This document shows, one piece after another, positions 1 to 7,709 of a DNA stretch of 64,000 nucleotides. The position numbers and the translations under genes are program-made. Each line of letters begins with the position of its first letter. The stretch's first letter is position 1. The notes beneath the pieces are model-generated. The model was not told the DNA's origin and made no database searches. It was given only the letters and a program-made list of their open reading frames with translations. Source of the stretch: Methanomassiliicoccales archaeon (GTDB taxonomy: Archaea; Thermoplasmatota; Thermoplasmata; Methanomassiliicoccales; UBA472); the NCBI GenBank assembly GCA_040765825.1, contig JAXGRO010000001.1:46483-110482 (forward strand), given 5' to 3'.

Positions 1-582
1 GAAGAGCAGCCAGCCCCCGGTGGATATGGTGCTCCCCTGGAAGCCGGTCACCCCTATCACCCGGGTGGTCCCGGCGATGCCCACCGCGGTGAGCCCCTCC
101 AGCATGATCAGGGTGGCGACGGACGACCCCAGGAGCTCGACCACCCAATTATCGGAGCTGGTGTTGCGCAGGCGCCACATACGCAGGGACATGATCCCTA
201 CGGCAAAGAGCTGGGCACCCACCAGGACTATCCATTTCTTGCCCACGCCCCCGAAGCCCTCCACACTGACATCACCGGCCAGGAGCGCCACGGCGATCCC
301 CTCGGCCATCACCGTGGCCATGGCCAGATAGGTCATTGCGTTCATAATGCGCACGGCCATGGGCCTTTCCAGCCGGGGAAAGGCCAGCTTCAAGGCCCAG
401 GAGGCGGATATGAACAGGCCGAGCAGGATGAGCTGGATGGCCGCCAGTTCAAAGGTGGAGGCCTTGATCCCCCCAATGCCCTCCACGGTTGCCGAGCTGG
501 AGATGGAGAGGGCGAAGAAACCCTCGAAAATGATCAACCAGCCCAACAGCATCCCTATCAGGCTTCGGTCTGTGACCTTCAT
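1..582 (-). CDS. Polytopic membrane protein, C-terminus cut by window edge
   Basis: The minus-strand frame is open from ATG (582..580) to base 1, 194 codons: MKVTDRSLIGMLLGWLIIFEGFFALSISS...GIMSLRMWRL... It has hydrophobic helices and GC3-rich codons. It is absent from the ORF track only because it has no stop in the window. A TATA-like gactataaatc (rc of 618-628) lies upstream. Plus-strand ORFs 20..331 and 347..601 are Ser/Pro/Arg-rich shadows. Confidence 0.6.
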   Translation of the reverse strand, partial: MKVTDRSLIGMLLGWLIIFEGFFALSISSSATVEGIGGIKASTFELAAIQLILLGLFISASWALKLAFPRLERPMAVRIMNAMTYLAMATVMAEGIAVALLAGDVSVEGFGGVGKKWIVLVGAQLFAVGIMSLRMWRLRNTSSDNWVVELLGSSVATLIMLEGLTAVGIAGTTRVIGVTGFQGSTISTGGWLLF

Positions 583-658
583 CCGGACCCCCACTTTTTG
601 AAGATGACCGCCTTCATGATTTATAGTCATTCCGTCATGGAAACGTGAGTTGGCATGG

Positions 659-1447
659 TCAAGGGACCGCCCTCTCCTCTATAGAGGCCTCGCCGTCCCC
701 CGCCAAGGTACGCTGATAGAGGTCATTGACCATCTCCAATGCGGTCAGGCCCCTGGGGGTGAGGGAATAGTCGCCCCTCCCGCCGTTCTGGGCGATCATG
801 CCCGAACCGCTCAACCTTTGAAGGTGGAAGAGAAGGTTCCCCCCGCGCAGCCGGGTGAGCTCTGAGAGCTCGGAGAATGATCGCGCGGACCGGTTCAGCG
901 ATTTCATTATGGCCATGCGTTGAGGGTTCGACAGGGGGTCCAGGAGGTCCTTGACCACCCTCTCCTCCGGAAGGACGTCTATGTTCTCCCGGGCCTCCTC
1001 CCGGCTGCGGTACAGGTTCAGCTGCCGCATGAGCTCGGTCTGCTGTTTGAAGAGGGTGCCCACCTCCTCGAAGCACCCGTCGCAGCGACCGGGGACCGCC
1101 TTTGAGCGCAGGGTCTCGAGCTTGTCCGACTGCCTTTTCACATCCTCCTCGGAGATGCGGGGCCGGTCGAGCAGCGAGAGGTTCTCATCCAGCAGCTCCA
1201 TGAACCGCTGGCGGCATTCCGGGCGCATGTCGCATCGCTTGGCCATCCCCGCGTCCAGGCGGGTCTCCGCCTTCTGCCGGGCCTCGCCCCTCAGGAGCTC
1301 GAAGAACTGAAACCGGCCGAGCTGTTCGGCCTCGTATCCCTTGAGCATGGAGGTGATGGACTTCAGCTCGCAGCTGATCTCGTCCACCCTCTCCCGCAGA
1401 TGGCCCAGCTCCCTCTCCAAGGCATGCTTATCGCTCTTGTCAGGCAC
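659..1447 (-). CDS. ArsR-type winged-helix regulator with long N-terminal coiled-coil, Cys-containing sensor region
   Basis: 262 aa. The C-terminal PQRMAIMKSLNRSARSFSELSELTRLRGGNLLFHLQRLSGSGMI is a typical ArsR/SmtB wHTH. The N-terminal ~170 aa are heptad-like and carry the Cys pairs CDMRPEC and CDGC. The GTG start at 1447 lies ~23 nt downstream of gtaatata (rc of 1470-1477), a leaderless-type geometry. Confidence 0.7.
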   Translation of the reverse strand: MPDKSDKHALERELGHLRERVDEISCELKSITSMLKGYEAEQLGRFQFFELLRGEARQKAETRLDAGMAKRCDMRPECRQRFMELLDENLSLLDRPRISEEDVKRQSDKLETLRSKAVPGRCDGCFEEVGTLFKQQTELMRQLNLYRSREEARENIDVLPEERVVKDLLDPLSNPQRMAIMKSLNRSARSFSELSELTRLRGGNLLFHLQRLSGSGMIAQNGGRGDYSLTPRGLTALEMVNDLYQRTLAGDGEASIEERAVP

Positions 1448-1523
1448 GGGTATCGGAATGACCTATGGGTATATTACAATGCCCCTATATCAATATAAGA
1501 TTTCTCTGATAATAGTAAGGTTG

Positions 1524-1553
1524 AATAAAAAAAGGAATTGGGGGCGATGCCCC
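1524..1553 (-). terminator. Hairpin plus oligo-U terminator after corrinoid-protein gene
   Basis: Directly after the TAA stop (rc of 1555-1557) there is a hairpin GGGGC-AUC-GCCCC (rc of 1541-1553), followed by UUCCUUUUUUUAUU. Oligo-U tracts are the established archaeal termination signal. Confidence 0.5.
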
Positions 1554-1554
1554 T

Positions 1555-2190
1555 TTAGTGCTTCAGCAGGCCAGCGGCAACACGAACGGCCTCGTTCGCG
1601 TCGTAGCCCCAGCCGTCGGCACCGATGCTCTTGGCAAAGTCCTGAGAGGTAGCGCCGCCACCTATCATGGTCTTTATCTTGCCCTTCAGGCCGCCCTCGG
1701 CCAGCATCTTCTCGATCTCCTTCATGCCCGCCAGGGTGGGGGTCATCAGGGTGGAGGTCGCGATGATCTGGGCGCCCTCGGTCTTGGCCTTCTCCACGAT
1801 GTCCTTCAGGGGCACGTCGCGGCCCAGGTCGTACATGGTGTTGCCAGCGCCGGTCAGCAGGGCCTTGCAGATGTTCTTTCCGATGTCGTGAACGTCTCCC
1901 TCGACCACGCAGATGACGATCTTACCGGCAGCGTCAGCGGAAGCGGTGTCCAGCTTCGGCAGGGCCAGGTTCAATCCCTGGTACAGGGTCTGAGCGGACA
2001 GAAGAACCTGGGGCAGGAAGTACTCCTTCTTCTCGTACTTCTCACCAACGATCTCCATAGCCTTGCTCAATCCGTCGAAGATGATCTCACGGGCAGTGAC
2101 TCCGGCGTCCAGGAGCTTCTGGGTCTCTCCCTTGGCGTCCTTTATCCTTCCCTTAACAACGATCTCGATCAATGCGTCCATGTTTGCCAT
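1555..2190 (-). CDS. Methyltransferase-type corrinoid (B12-binding) protein, MtaC/MtbC/MttC family
   Basis: 211 aa from ATG 2190 (MANMDALIEIVVKG...). It has an N-terminal helical cap and a Rossmann-like B12 domain with the DxHxxG motif (EGDVHDIGKN) and MIGGGA. GGAGG (rc of 2200-2204) lies 9 nt upstream of the ATG. The 44-codon extension to 2322 in the ORF track runs through the AT-rich promoter and was trimmed. Confidence 0.9.
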   Translation of the reverse strand: MANMDALIEIVVKGRIKDAKGETQKLLDAGVTAREIIFDGLSKAMEIVGEKYEKKEYFLPQVLLSAQTLYQGLNLALPKLDTASADAAGKIVICVVEGDVHDIGKNICKALLTGAGNTMYDLGRDVPLKDIVEKAKTEGAQIIATSTLMTPTLAGMKEIEKMLAEGGLKGKIKTMIGGGATSQDFAKSIGADGWGYDANEAVRVAAGLLKH

Positions 2191-2251
2191 TTCTATTTTC
2201 CTCCAAAGAAGTTTTCTGCGTCCAAATTTCAATTTAAAGTAATAAACCCTT

Positions 2252-2304
2252 GGATGGATGGATGAGATATCCATGCCGTTTTTATTGGATGGATAATACA
2301 TCCA
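2252..2304. promoter_or_regulatory. GGAT-based repeats and two inverted repeats upstream of corrinoid-gene TATA
   Basis: (GGAT)3 lies at 2252-2263. The two inverted repeats are ATGGAT-gagat-ATCCAT (2258-2274) and TGGATG-gataata-CATCCA (2286-2304). All lie just distal to the TATA-like ctttaaat (rc of 2232-2239) that precedes the corrinoid gene. Confidence 0.4.
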
Positions 2305-2352
2305 TACAGCAATGCCATGCACTATCGTTAAGGCCGTTTAACCCTCAGATAA

Positions 2353-3441
2353 TCATCGAACGCGGCAGATAATATGACCGCAGGCCCTGCACCTTCCCTC
2401 GTTGGTTAGGTCCGTCACATCGGAATAGGAAGGGCAGAACTTGCTCAGACCCCTGCCCTCGTATACGATCCTCTCCGCCTCCTCCTTCGCCTCCCGGGTG
2501 ATCGCCACCGACCTGCATGAAGGGCAGACGGTCGTATGATCGTCGCCCACCATCCCGCTGACGTATACGAACTCGAGACCTCGCTCCATCGCCAATGACC
2601 TGGCCTCCCTCATGGCAAACAGGTCGGTGGGCTTCAGATGGGAAAGGCGATGGGCGGGCATGAACCTGTACAGGTGGACTGGGACCTGGGGCCCCAGGCC
2701 GGCCACCGCCCATGAGAAGAACCTGTCCAGCTCGTCCTTGGAATCGTTCAGCCCGGGGATGATAAGATAGGCCAGTTCCAGATGGTTCCCGTTCCTGTAG
2801 AGGTGCTCGCAGGTCCTGAGCACGGGGGCCAGCGAACCGCCGCAATGCCTGGAATAGAACGCCTCCGTGAAGCCCTTCACGTCCACCTTGAAGACGTCGA
2901 CCATCGACGCGAGCTCATGGAGCGGCCCAGGTTCTATGAAACCGTTGGTGTTCATCATGGTATAAAGGCCAGCATCCCTGGCCAAATGAGCTGTATCCAG
3001 CACGAACTCGCTCCAGACCACCGGCTCGTTGAAGGTGAACGCCATCCCCTGAGCGCCCTTCTCCAGGGCCAGACCGACCATGTCCTCAGGCGTCTCCTCC
3101 GGCACCTTCACCTCATCGAGGCCGGAACGGGCCACCGCGGCGTTCTGGCAGCAATCGCAGTCCAGGTTGCAGCCGAAGGTGCCCAGGGAGAGGAGCTTGG
3201 ACCCCGGACGGAAATGGTATATGGGCTTCTTCTCGATCTGGTCCACCATCCTGGCGCATACCCGCCCGTAGTTCAATGAGACCAGGGCGCCGTCGCGCAC
3301 CCCGCGGGCCCGGCACATGCCGTCCTTCCCTTCATCGATCAGGCACCGGTGCGGACAGAGCGCGCATTCCACCGGCGGTCCCCCTGGAACGCCCCACCTT
3401 GCCGGATGCAGCATACCAGATACCTTCCTAGTAATCGTCAT
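2353..3441 (-). CDS. Radical SAM enzyme, AmmeMemoRadiSam/PflA-activase-like (COG1180)
   Basis: 362 aa. It has the CX3CX2C cluster GCNLDCDCCQN and the N-terminal W..(x)..CALCPHRCLIDEGKDGMCRAR...IEKKPIYHF pattern typical of the AmmeMemoRadiSam radical SAM family. Extra C-terminal Cys pairs are present (CPSC, CRAC). The start may be the internal ATG at 3414 (MLHPARWG). Confidence 0.85.
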   Translation of the reverse strand: MTITRKVSGMLHPARWGVPGGPPVECALCPHRCLIDEGKDGMCRARGVRDGALVSLNYGRVCARMVDQIEKKPIYHFRPGSKLLSLGTFGCNLDCDCCQNAAVARSGLDEVKVPEETPEDMVGLALEKGAQGMAFTFNEPVVWSEFVLDTAHLARDAGLYTMMNTNGFIEPGPLHELASMVDVFKVDVKGFTEAFYSRHCGGSLAPVLRTCEHLYRNGNHLELAYLIIPGLNDSKDELDRFFSWAVAGLGPQVPVHLYRFMPAHRLSHLKPTDLFAMREARSLAMERGLEFVYVSGMVGDDHTTVCPSCRSVAITREAKEEAERIVYEGRGLSKFCPSYSDVTDLTNEGRCRACGHIICRVR

Positions 3442-3529
3442 CCTCGGACTGGGAAGCGCCGCACACTGGGCATTTGTCTTGGTTCTTCTTCAGAATACAT
3501 CCGCAGACAATGCACTCGACCAAATCCAC
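3428..3529 (-). CDS. Candidate zinc-ribbon micro-protein (31-33 aa)
   Basis: It is read from GTG 3529 (or TTG 3523) to TAG 3430..3428: (M)DLVECIVCGCILKKNQDKCPVCGASQSEDDDY. It has two CxxC knuckles, an acidic tail and GC3-rich codons. Its 3' end overlaps the radical-SAM ATG at 3441 by 14 nt. It is below the ORF-track size cut-off and the start codon is uncertain. Confidence 0.35.
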   Translation of the reverse strand: MDLVECIVCGCILKKNQDKCPVCGASQSEDDDY

Positions 3530-3604
3530 CCTCTTGGACCGGTAGGGGTTTGAAAAGCAATAATGTTTCGGTTCGAAGCCCGATGGGAGTTAGAAGTGAC
3601 CTGC

Positions 3605-4549
3605 TCAGCGGAAACCCCTGATAGTCTCCGAGAGGCCCTCCCCGATGCCGTATCTTGGTTGGAAACCAAGGTCACGCCGGACCTTCCCTATGTCCGCCAT
3701 GGAATGCTTGACGTCCCCCTTCCTGGCCTCCCTGTGCACCAGGTTCCCATCGGCCTCCCTGCCGAACTCCTTCAGCACCAGCAGCGCCAGCTCGTTGACC
3801 GAGACCCTCTGCTGCCTCCCTATGTTGTAGACCTCGCCGTGATGCGTCTCGTCCATGGCCGCCAGGATGTTGGCCTGTACCACGTCCTTGACGAATACGA
3901 AGTCCCGGGTCTGTTCCCCGTCGCCGTAGACGGTCAGGGGCCGGCCCTCCCTGGCCGCCTGGATGAAGCGGGGGATCACCGCCGCGTAATCGGAGGCAGG
4001 GTCCTGCCGGGGTCCGTAAATGTTGAAGTACCGCAGGCTGCAGGTGGGAAGCCCGTAGTTCAGCCAGAAGTTGCGGCAGTACATCTCCCCGGTCAGCTTG
4101 GTGACCGCATAGGGGGAGATGGGAGAGGGGACCTCGCCCTCGTTCTTCATCTCGGTGGTCGATTCCCCGTAGATCGCCGAGGAGGAGGCGAACACCACCT
4201 TGCGCACCTTGGCCTCCCGGGCTTCGGTGAGTATGCGCAGGGTGCCGCACACGTTCACCTGGTTGCTGGAGATGGGATCGTCCACGCTGCGCGGGACCGA
4301 GGCGATCGCCGCATGGTGGAACACGTAGTCCACTCCCTCCATGACCTCCCGGACCCGGTCGGCGTCCCTGATGCTGGCCACCACTAGCTCGGCCTTGATG
4401 CCCTTCAGGTTGTCCCTGCTGCCGGAGGAAAGGTCGTCCAGCACAAGGACCTCGTTCTCCGGGCCCAGGGCCTCGACGATGTGCGAACCTATGAAGCCGG
4501 CCCCTCCGGTCACCAGCACTCTCTTCCCCTTGATCGCCATCTCAGCCAT
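3605..4549 (-). CDS. NAD-dependent nucleotide-sugar epimerase/dehydratase (extended SDR, GalE/WbpP-like)
   Basis: 314 aa with VLVTGGAGFIGSH Rossmann motif, the catalytic YAVTK (YxxxK), and NIYGPRQ. Confidence 0.9.
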   Translation of the reverse strand: MAEMAIKGKRVLVTGGAGFIGSHIVEALGPENEVLVLDDLSSGSRDNLKGIKAELVVASIRDADRVREVMEGVDYVFHHAAIASVPRSVDDPISSNQVNVCGTLRILTEAREAKVRKVVFASSSAIYGESTTEMKNEGEVPSPISPYAVTKLTGEMYCRNFWLNYGLPTCSLRYFNIYGPRQDPASDYAAVIPRFIQAAREGRPLTVYGDGEQTRDFVFVKDVVQANILAAMDETHHGEVYNIGRQQRVSVNELALLVLKEFGREADGNLVHREARKGDVKHSMADIGKVRRDLGFQPRYGIGEGLSETIRGFR

Positions 4550-4576
4550 TAGGTCACCGAATCCCCTGTCTCGACT

Positions 4577-5308
4577 TCAAATTTGCCCACGTCTGCCCCG
4601 TAGTCCCGCCACCTTGCCCAGGGCCATGAGCCCGATGTCGCTGCACCCGTAGACCTCGGCCTGCCCCATCTCCACGTCCTTTAGGCCGGGGGACAGCGCT
4701 CCCTTCCCTTCTATGCTGGCGACGTCGTTCCCCGCGGCCAGCGGGCTGAACGCCGGGATCACCAGTATCCTTTCGTTTGGGTGATGAAGGAAGGCGGGCA
4801 TCTTGATGAACCCGCCGACGCCGTCGAACAGCCTTGCCGAGGGGTGCTCGTGCCCCTGCACCAGAGGGCGCCCGGAGCAGGGAATGTGGCCGTGGGAAAG
4901 GTGGAAGCCATCCACCTCCAGCTCGTCGACCAGGTCCACCCCTGCCCGGGAGGTGATATTTGCCAGATAGTTATCGTGGTTGCCTCTCACCACGGTCACC
5001 TCGGCGAAGGAGGACATGTGCTCCAGCATGCGCCTCACCTGGCTCCATTCCTGTTCCAGGTTGCGGGAGAACTCGTGCTTCATGTCCCCCAGCACCACGA
5101 CCCGCCGGGGATGGTGGGCCTCCGCGGCGGCGGTGAACCTACGCATCATCTCCGCGGCCTGGACCCGGGGGAGCTGCACGCCCTCCATCTCCAGGCTGGC
5201 CTCGATGCCCAGATGCAGGTCCCCCAGGACCATGGTCCCTGAGGCAAGGAGCAGGGCGCACCGATCGTTGGTGATGCGCAGCCCGGGAGCGATGTCCATG
5301 TGGCGCAT
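4577..5308 (-). CDS. Binuclear metallophosphoesterase, COG1407/MPE-type
   Basis: 243 aa with calcineurin-like motifs GDLHLG, VLGDMKHEF, RGNHD, HGH and GHEH. Confidence 0.8.
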   Translation of the reverse strand: MRHMDIAPGLRITNDRCALLLASGTMVLGDLHLGIEASLEMEGVQLPRVQAAEMMRRFTAAAEAHHPRRVVVLGDMKHEFSRNLEQEWSQVRRMLEHMSSFAEVTVVRGNHDNYLANITSRAGVDLVDELEVDGFHLSHGHIPCSGRPLVQGHEHPSARLFDGVGGFIKMPAFLHHPNERILVIPAFSPLAAGNDVASIEGKGALSPGLKDVEMGQAEVYGCSDIGLMALGKVAGLRGRRGQI

Positions 5309-5403
5309 ACGGACAGGAAGGGCGCAGGGTGGATATCAATCCCTTGCACACTTTCGCAGCTGGCAGCAAAAGGATATTATATCGATGCTCAGCTGAATGG
5401 ACC

Positions 5404-6168
5404 ATGATCAAGCGCACCTTCCTGCTTCTGCCGGGTATCGGCCAGGTCAAGGAGCGCAGACTATGGGAGTCGGGCGTTCTCTCCTGGGAGGAGTTCTCGG
5501 AGCGGAAGTGCCTGGAAGGCATCTCGGCCTGCCGGAAGCCCCTGCTGGACCGGGAGCTGGAACTGGTGCAGGATTCCTGGGAGAAGGGGAGGACGGAATA
5601 CTTCTCGCGCCTGCTGCCCAGCGGCCAGCACTGGCGGATGTACCGGCGGCTGAAGGAGGACGTCTGCTACCTTGATATCGAGACGGACGGGCTGGGGCCG
5701 GGCGCGGTGATAACCATGGTCTCCGTGCACCGCAACGGCGACACGGTCACCCTGACCAGGGGAATGGACCTCAACGCCGAGAGCCTGGGCTCCGCGCTCC
5801 GGGGAACAAAGATGCTGGTCACCTTCAACGGCAGCAGCTTCGACCTGCCCGTGATCGAGCGGGAGTTCCCCTTCACCGTTCCCCGGGTCCCGCACTACGA
5901 CCTCCGGCACGCCTGCCCGAAGGTGGGTCTGAGGGGCGGCCTGAAGCAGGTGGAGGTGCTCCTGGGGTACCGCCGCCCGCAGGAGGTGGAGTACGTCACC
6001 GGGGAGGAGGCGGTGTACCTTTGGCACCTCTGGCAGAAGAAGGGGAACGAGAACGCCCTGAAACTGCTGCGCCGCTACAACCAGGAGGACACCAGGAACC
6101 TGGAGCCGCTGGCGGAAGCGGTCTACGGACGCCTGGAGAAGGGGCTGCTCGAGAGGTGCGGTCAGTGA
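5404..6168 (+). CDS. RNase H-fold exonuclease-like protein (YprB/PF13482-like) with N-terminal HhH
   Basis: The start was trimmed to ATG 5404 (MIKRTFLLLPGIGQVKERRL). The TATA-like ggatattatatcg lies ~25 nt upstream. The Exo-I-like motif is CYLDIETDG, and NGSSFDLP and NQEDT follow. The stop overlaps the next gene (GTGA). Confidence 0.75.
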   Translation: MIKRTFLLLPGIGQVKERRLWESGVLSWEEFSERKCLEGISACRKPLLDRELELVQDSWEKGRTEYFSRLLPSGQHWRMYRRLKEDVCYLDIETDGLGPGAVITMVSVHRNGDTVTLTRGMDLNAESLGSALRGTKMLVTFNGSSFDLPVIEREFPFTVPRVPHYDLRHACPKVGLRGGLKQVEVLLGYRRPQEVEYVTGEEAVYLWHLWQKKGNENALKLLRRYNQEDTRNLEPLAEAVYGRLEKGLLERCGQ

Positions 6169-7709
6169 GCGGAAATCTGGAGGGGTTCCTGGAACGCGCC
6201 AGGTCATTGGCGGAGGTGGTCCGCTCCGCGGATTCGGTGGCGGTTGTCTCGCACATCGATGCGGACGGGATCACATCCGCGGCCATCGCGGTCCAAGCGC
6301 TCAAGCGCATGGGGATCCGCCACTCATTGCATTTCAAGAAGTCACTTGGGGAGGCGGAGGTCGACTCCATAGCGGACCTGGAGGAGGATCTGGTCTGGGT
6401 CTGTGACCTGGGCACCGCTTCCTTCGAACGTATGAACAGAAAGAGATGCGTGATCACAGACCATCATCAGTGCATTTCCAGTGGACAATCCCCTATGGAC
6501 CTTTACGTGTACCTTGACGGCATGCTGAACCCCGTTCTGTTCGGAATGAACGGATCTACATGCATAAGCGGGGCCGGTGCCACCTACTTCCTGGCCAGGG
6601 AGTTGGACCGCGCCAACAGGGACCTGGCATACTTGGCGATAGTCGGAGCGGTGGGCGACATGCAGGACCGCTCCGCCCACCGATTGGAGGGGGCATTGCA
6701 CGCCATGGTGCTGGAGGACGCCCGAGGGATGGTGGAGGTGGTCCCCAACGAACTTTCATTCTTCGGATGGGTGACCAGATCGGCCGCGGCCATGCTGGCC
6801 TTCTCCAATGAACTGAAGGACCTGGGATACCAGGATAGCGTCAAGGAGGTCTCCTCCCTGTTCTATGAGGCGGGCGTTTCGCTGAAGAGGTCCGGGGCTC
6901 CCCCAATGAAGGAGGGGAAGGGAGCTGTGTGGAGAAGTTGGTCCGAGCTCTCGCAGCCCGAAAGGAACATCATGAAGGTCACCCTGCGCATGCGCCTGGA
7001 GGAGCTGAAACTGGACTGCGAGGCCCTGGACCGGATGCTGGGCGAGGTGTATCTGTTCCCGGACCATCCTCCGGGGTCCCCCACCCGGGAAGCCAAGGAG
7101 TTCGCCACGCTGCTCAACGCCTCCGGTCGCTACATCCTCACACCGGATGGAAAGGGGGATGATGAGCGTGGGGACCTCATAGTGAACGTCTGCCTGAACC
7201 CCAAGGTGTACTCGGAATCGGCATTGCGGAACGTGGACAACCATAAGGTGCATATACGCGAGGGGGTGGAGAGCGTGGGCAGGGTGGATCAGATGTCCAA
7301 TATCCAGATCCTGAAGTCCAAGAACAACACCTATTCACTGAAGGTCAACGATACCATCCTCGGAATAATCGCCGGGATGGTCCTGGACCAGAAGCAGGAA
7401 AAGGGTGGCCTGGTGGTGGACTGCTGCAAGCCGATCGTGGCCTTCGCCGAGAGGCAAGGCTCAGCGGAGGCCGGCAAGGACCCCGAGGTCAAGGTCTCCA
7501 CCCGCATGAGAAGGGAGCTGACCAACAAAGGGATTAACCTGGGAAAGGCGGTCAGTGAGGCATCCTCGCAGGTGAAGGGAGGGGGAGGAGGTCACGACGT
7601 GGCCGCCGGCGCCAACATCCCGAAGAAGAAGATCAAGGCGTTCCTGGACGCGCTGGACCAGGAGATAGGCGCCCAGAAGGAGCGTTTCAGCTCATCAGGG
7701 CGACCATGA
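6165..7709 (+). CDS. RecJ-like DHH/DHHA1 phosphoesterase (archaeal RecJ/GAN family)
   Basis: It carries DHH motifs VVSHIDADGITSA, VCDLG and VITDHHQ, plus the DHHA1 motif GGGGHDVAAGA. I take GTG 6165 as the start, overlapping the upstream stop (GTG 6156 is an alternative). The track's N-terminal extension from 6021 overlaps the previous gene and was trimmed. Confidence 0.8.
   Translation: MSGNLEGFLERARSLAEVVRSADSVAVVSHIDADGITSAAIAVQALKRMGIRHSLHFKKSLGEAEVDSIADLEEDLVWVCDLGTASFERMNRKRCVITDHHQCISSGQSPMDLYVYLDGMLNPVLFGMNGSTCISGAGATYFLARELDRANRDLAYLAIVGAVGDMQDRSAHRLEGALHAMVLEDARGMVEVVPNELSFFGWVTRSAAAMLAFSNELKDLGYQDSVKEVSSLFYEAGVSLKRSGAPPMKEGKGAVWRSWSELSQPERNIMKVTLRMRLEELKLDCEALDRMLGEVYLFPDHPPGSPTREAKEFATLLNASGRYILTPDGKGDDERGDLIVNVCLNPKVYSESALRNVDNHKVHIREGVESVGRVDQMSNIQILKSKNNTYSLKVNDTILGIIAGMVLDQKQEKGGLVVDCCKPIVAFAERQGSAEAGKDPEVKVSTRMRRELTNKGINLGKAVSEASSQVKGGGGGHDVAAGANIPKKKIKAFLDALDQEIGAQKERFSSSGRP

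Noticed and set aside
2252-2263. (GGAT)3 and nearby repeats as a CRISPR array or microsatellite
   Set aside because: There are only three 4-nt units with no spacer/repeat periodicity. They are better explained as part of operator-like palindromes.
1555-2322. 255-aa version of the corrinoid-protein ORF
   Set aside because: The extra 44 N-terminal codons cross the AT-rich promoter, TATA and palindrome region. ATG 2190 with an upstream GGAGG gives the canonical family N-terminus.
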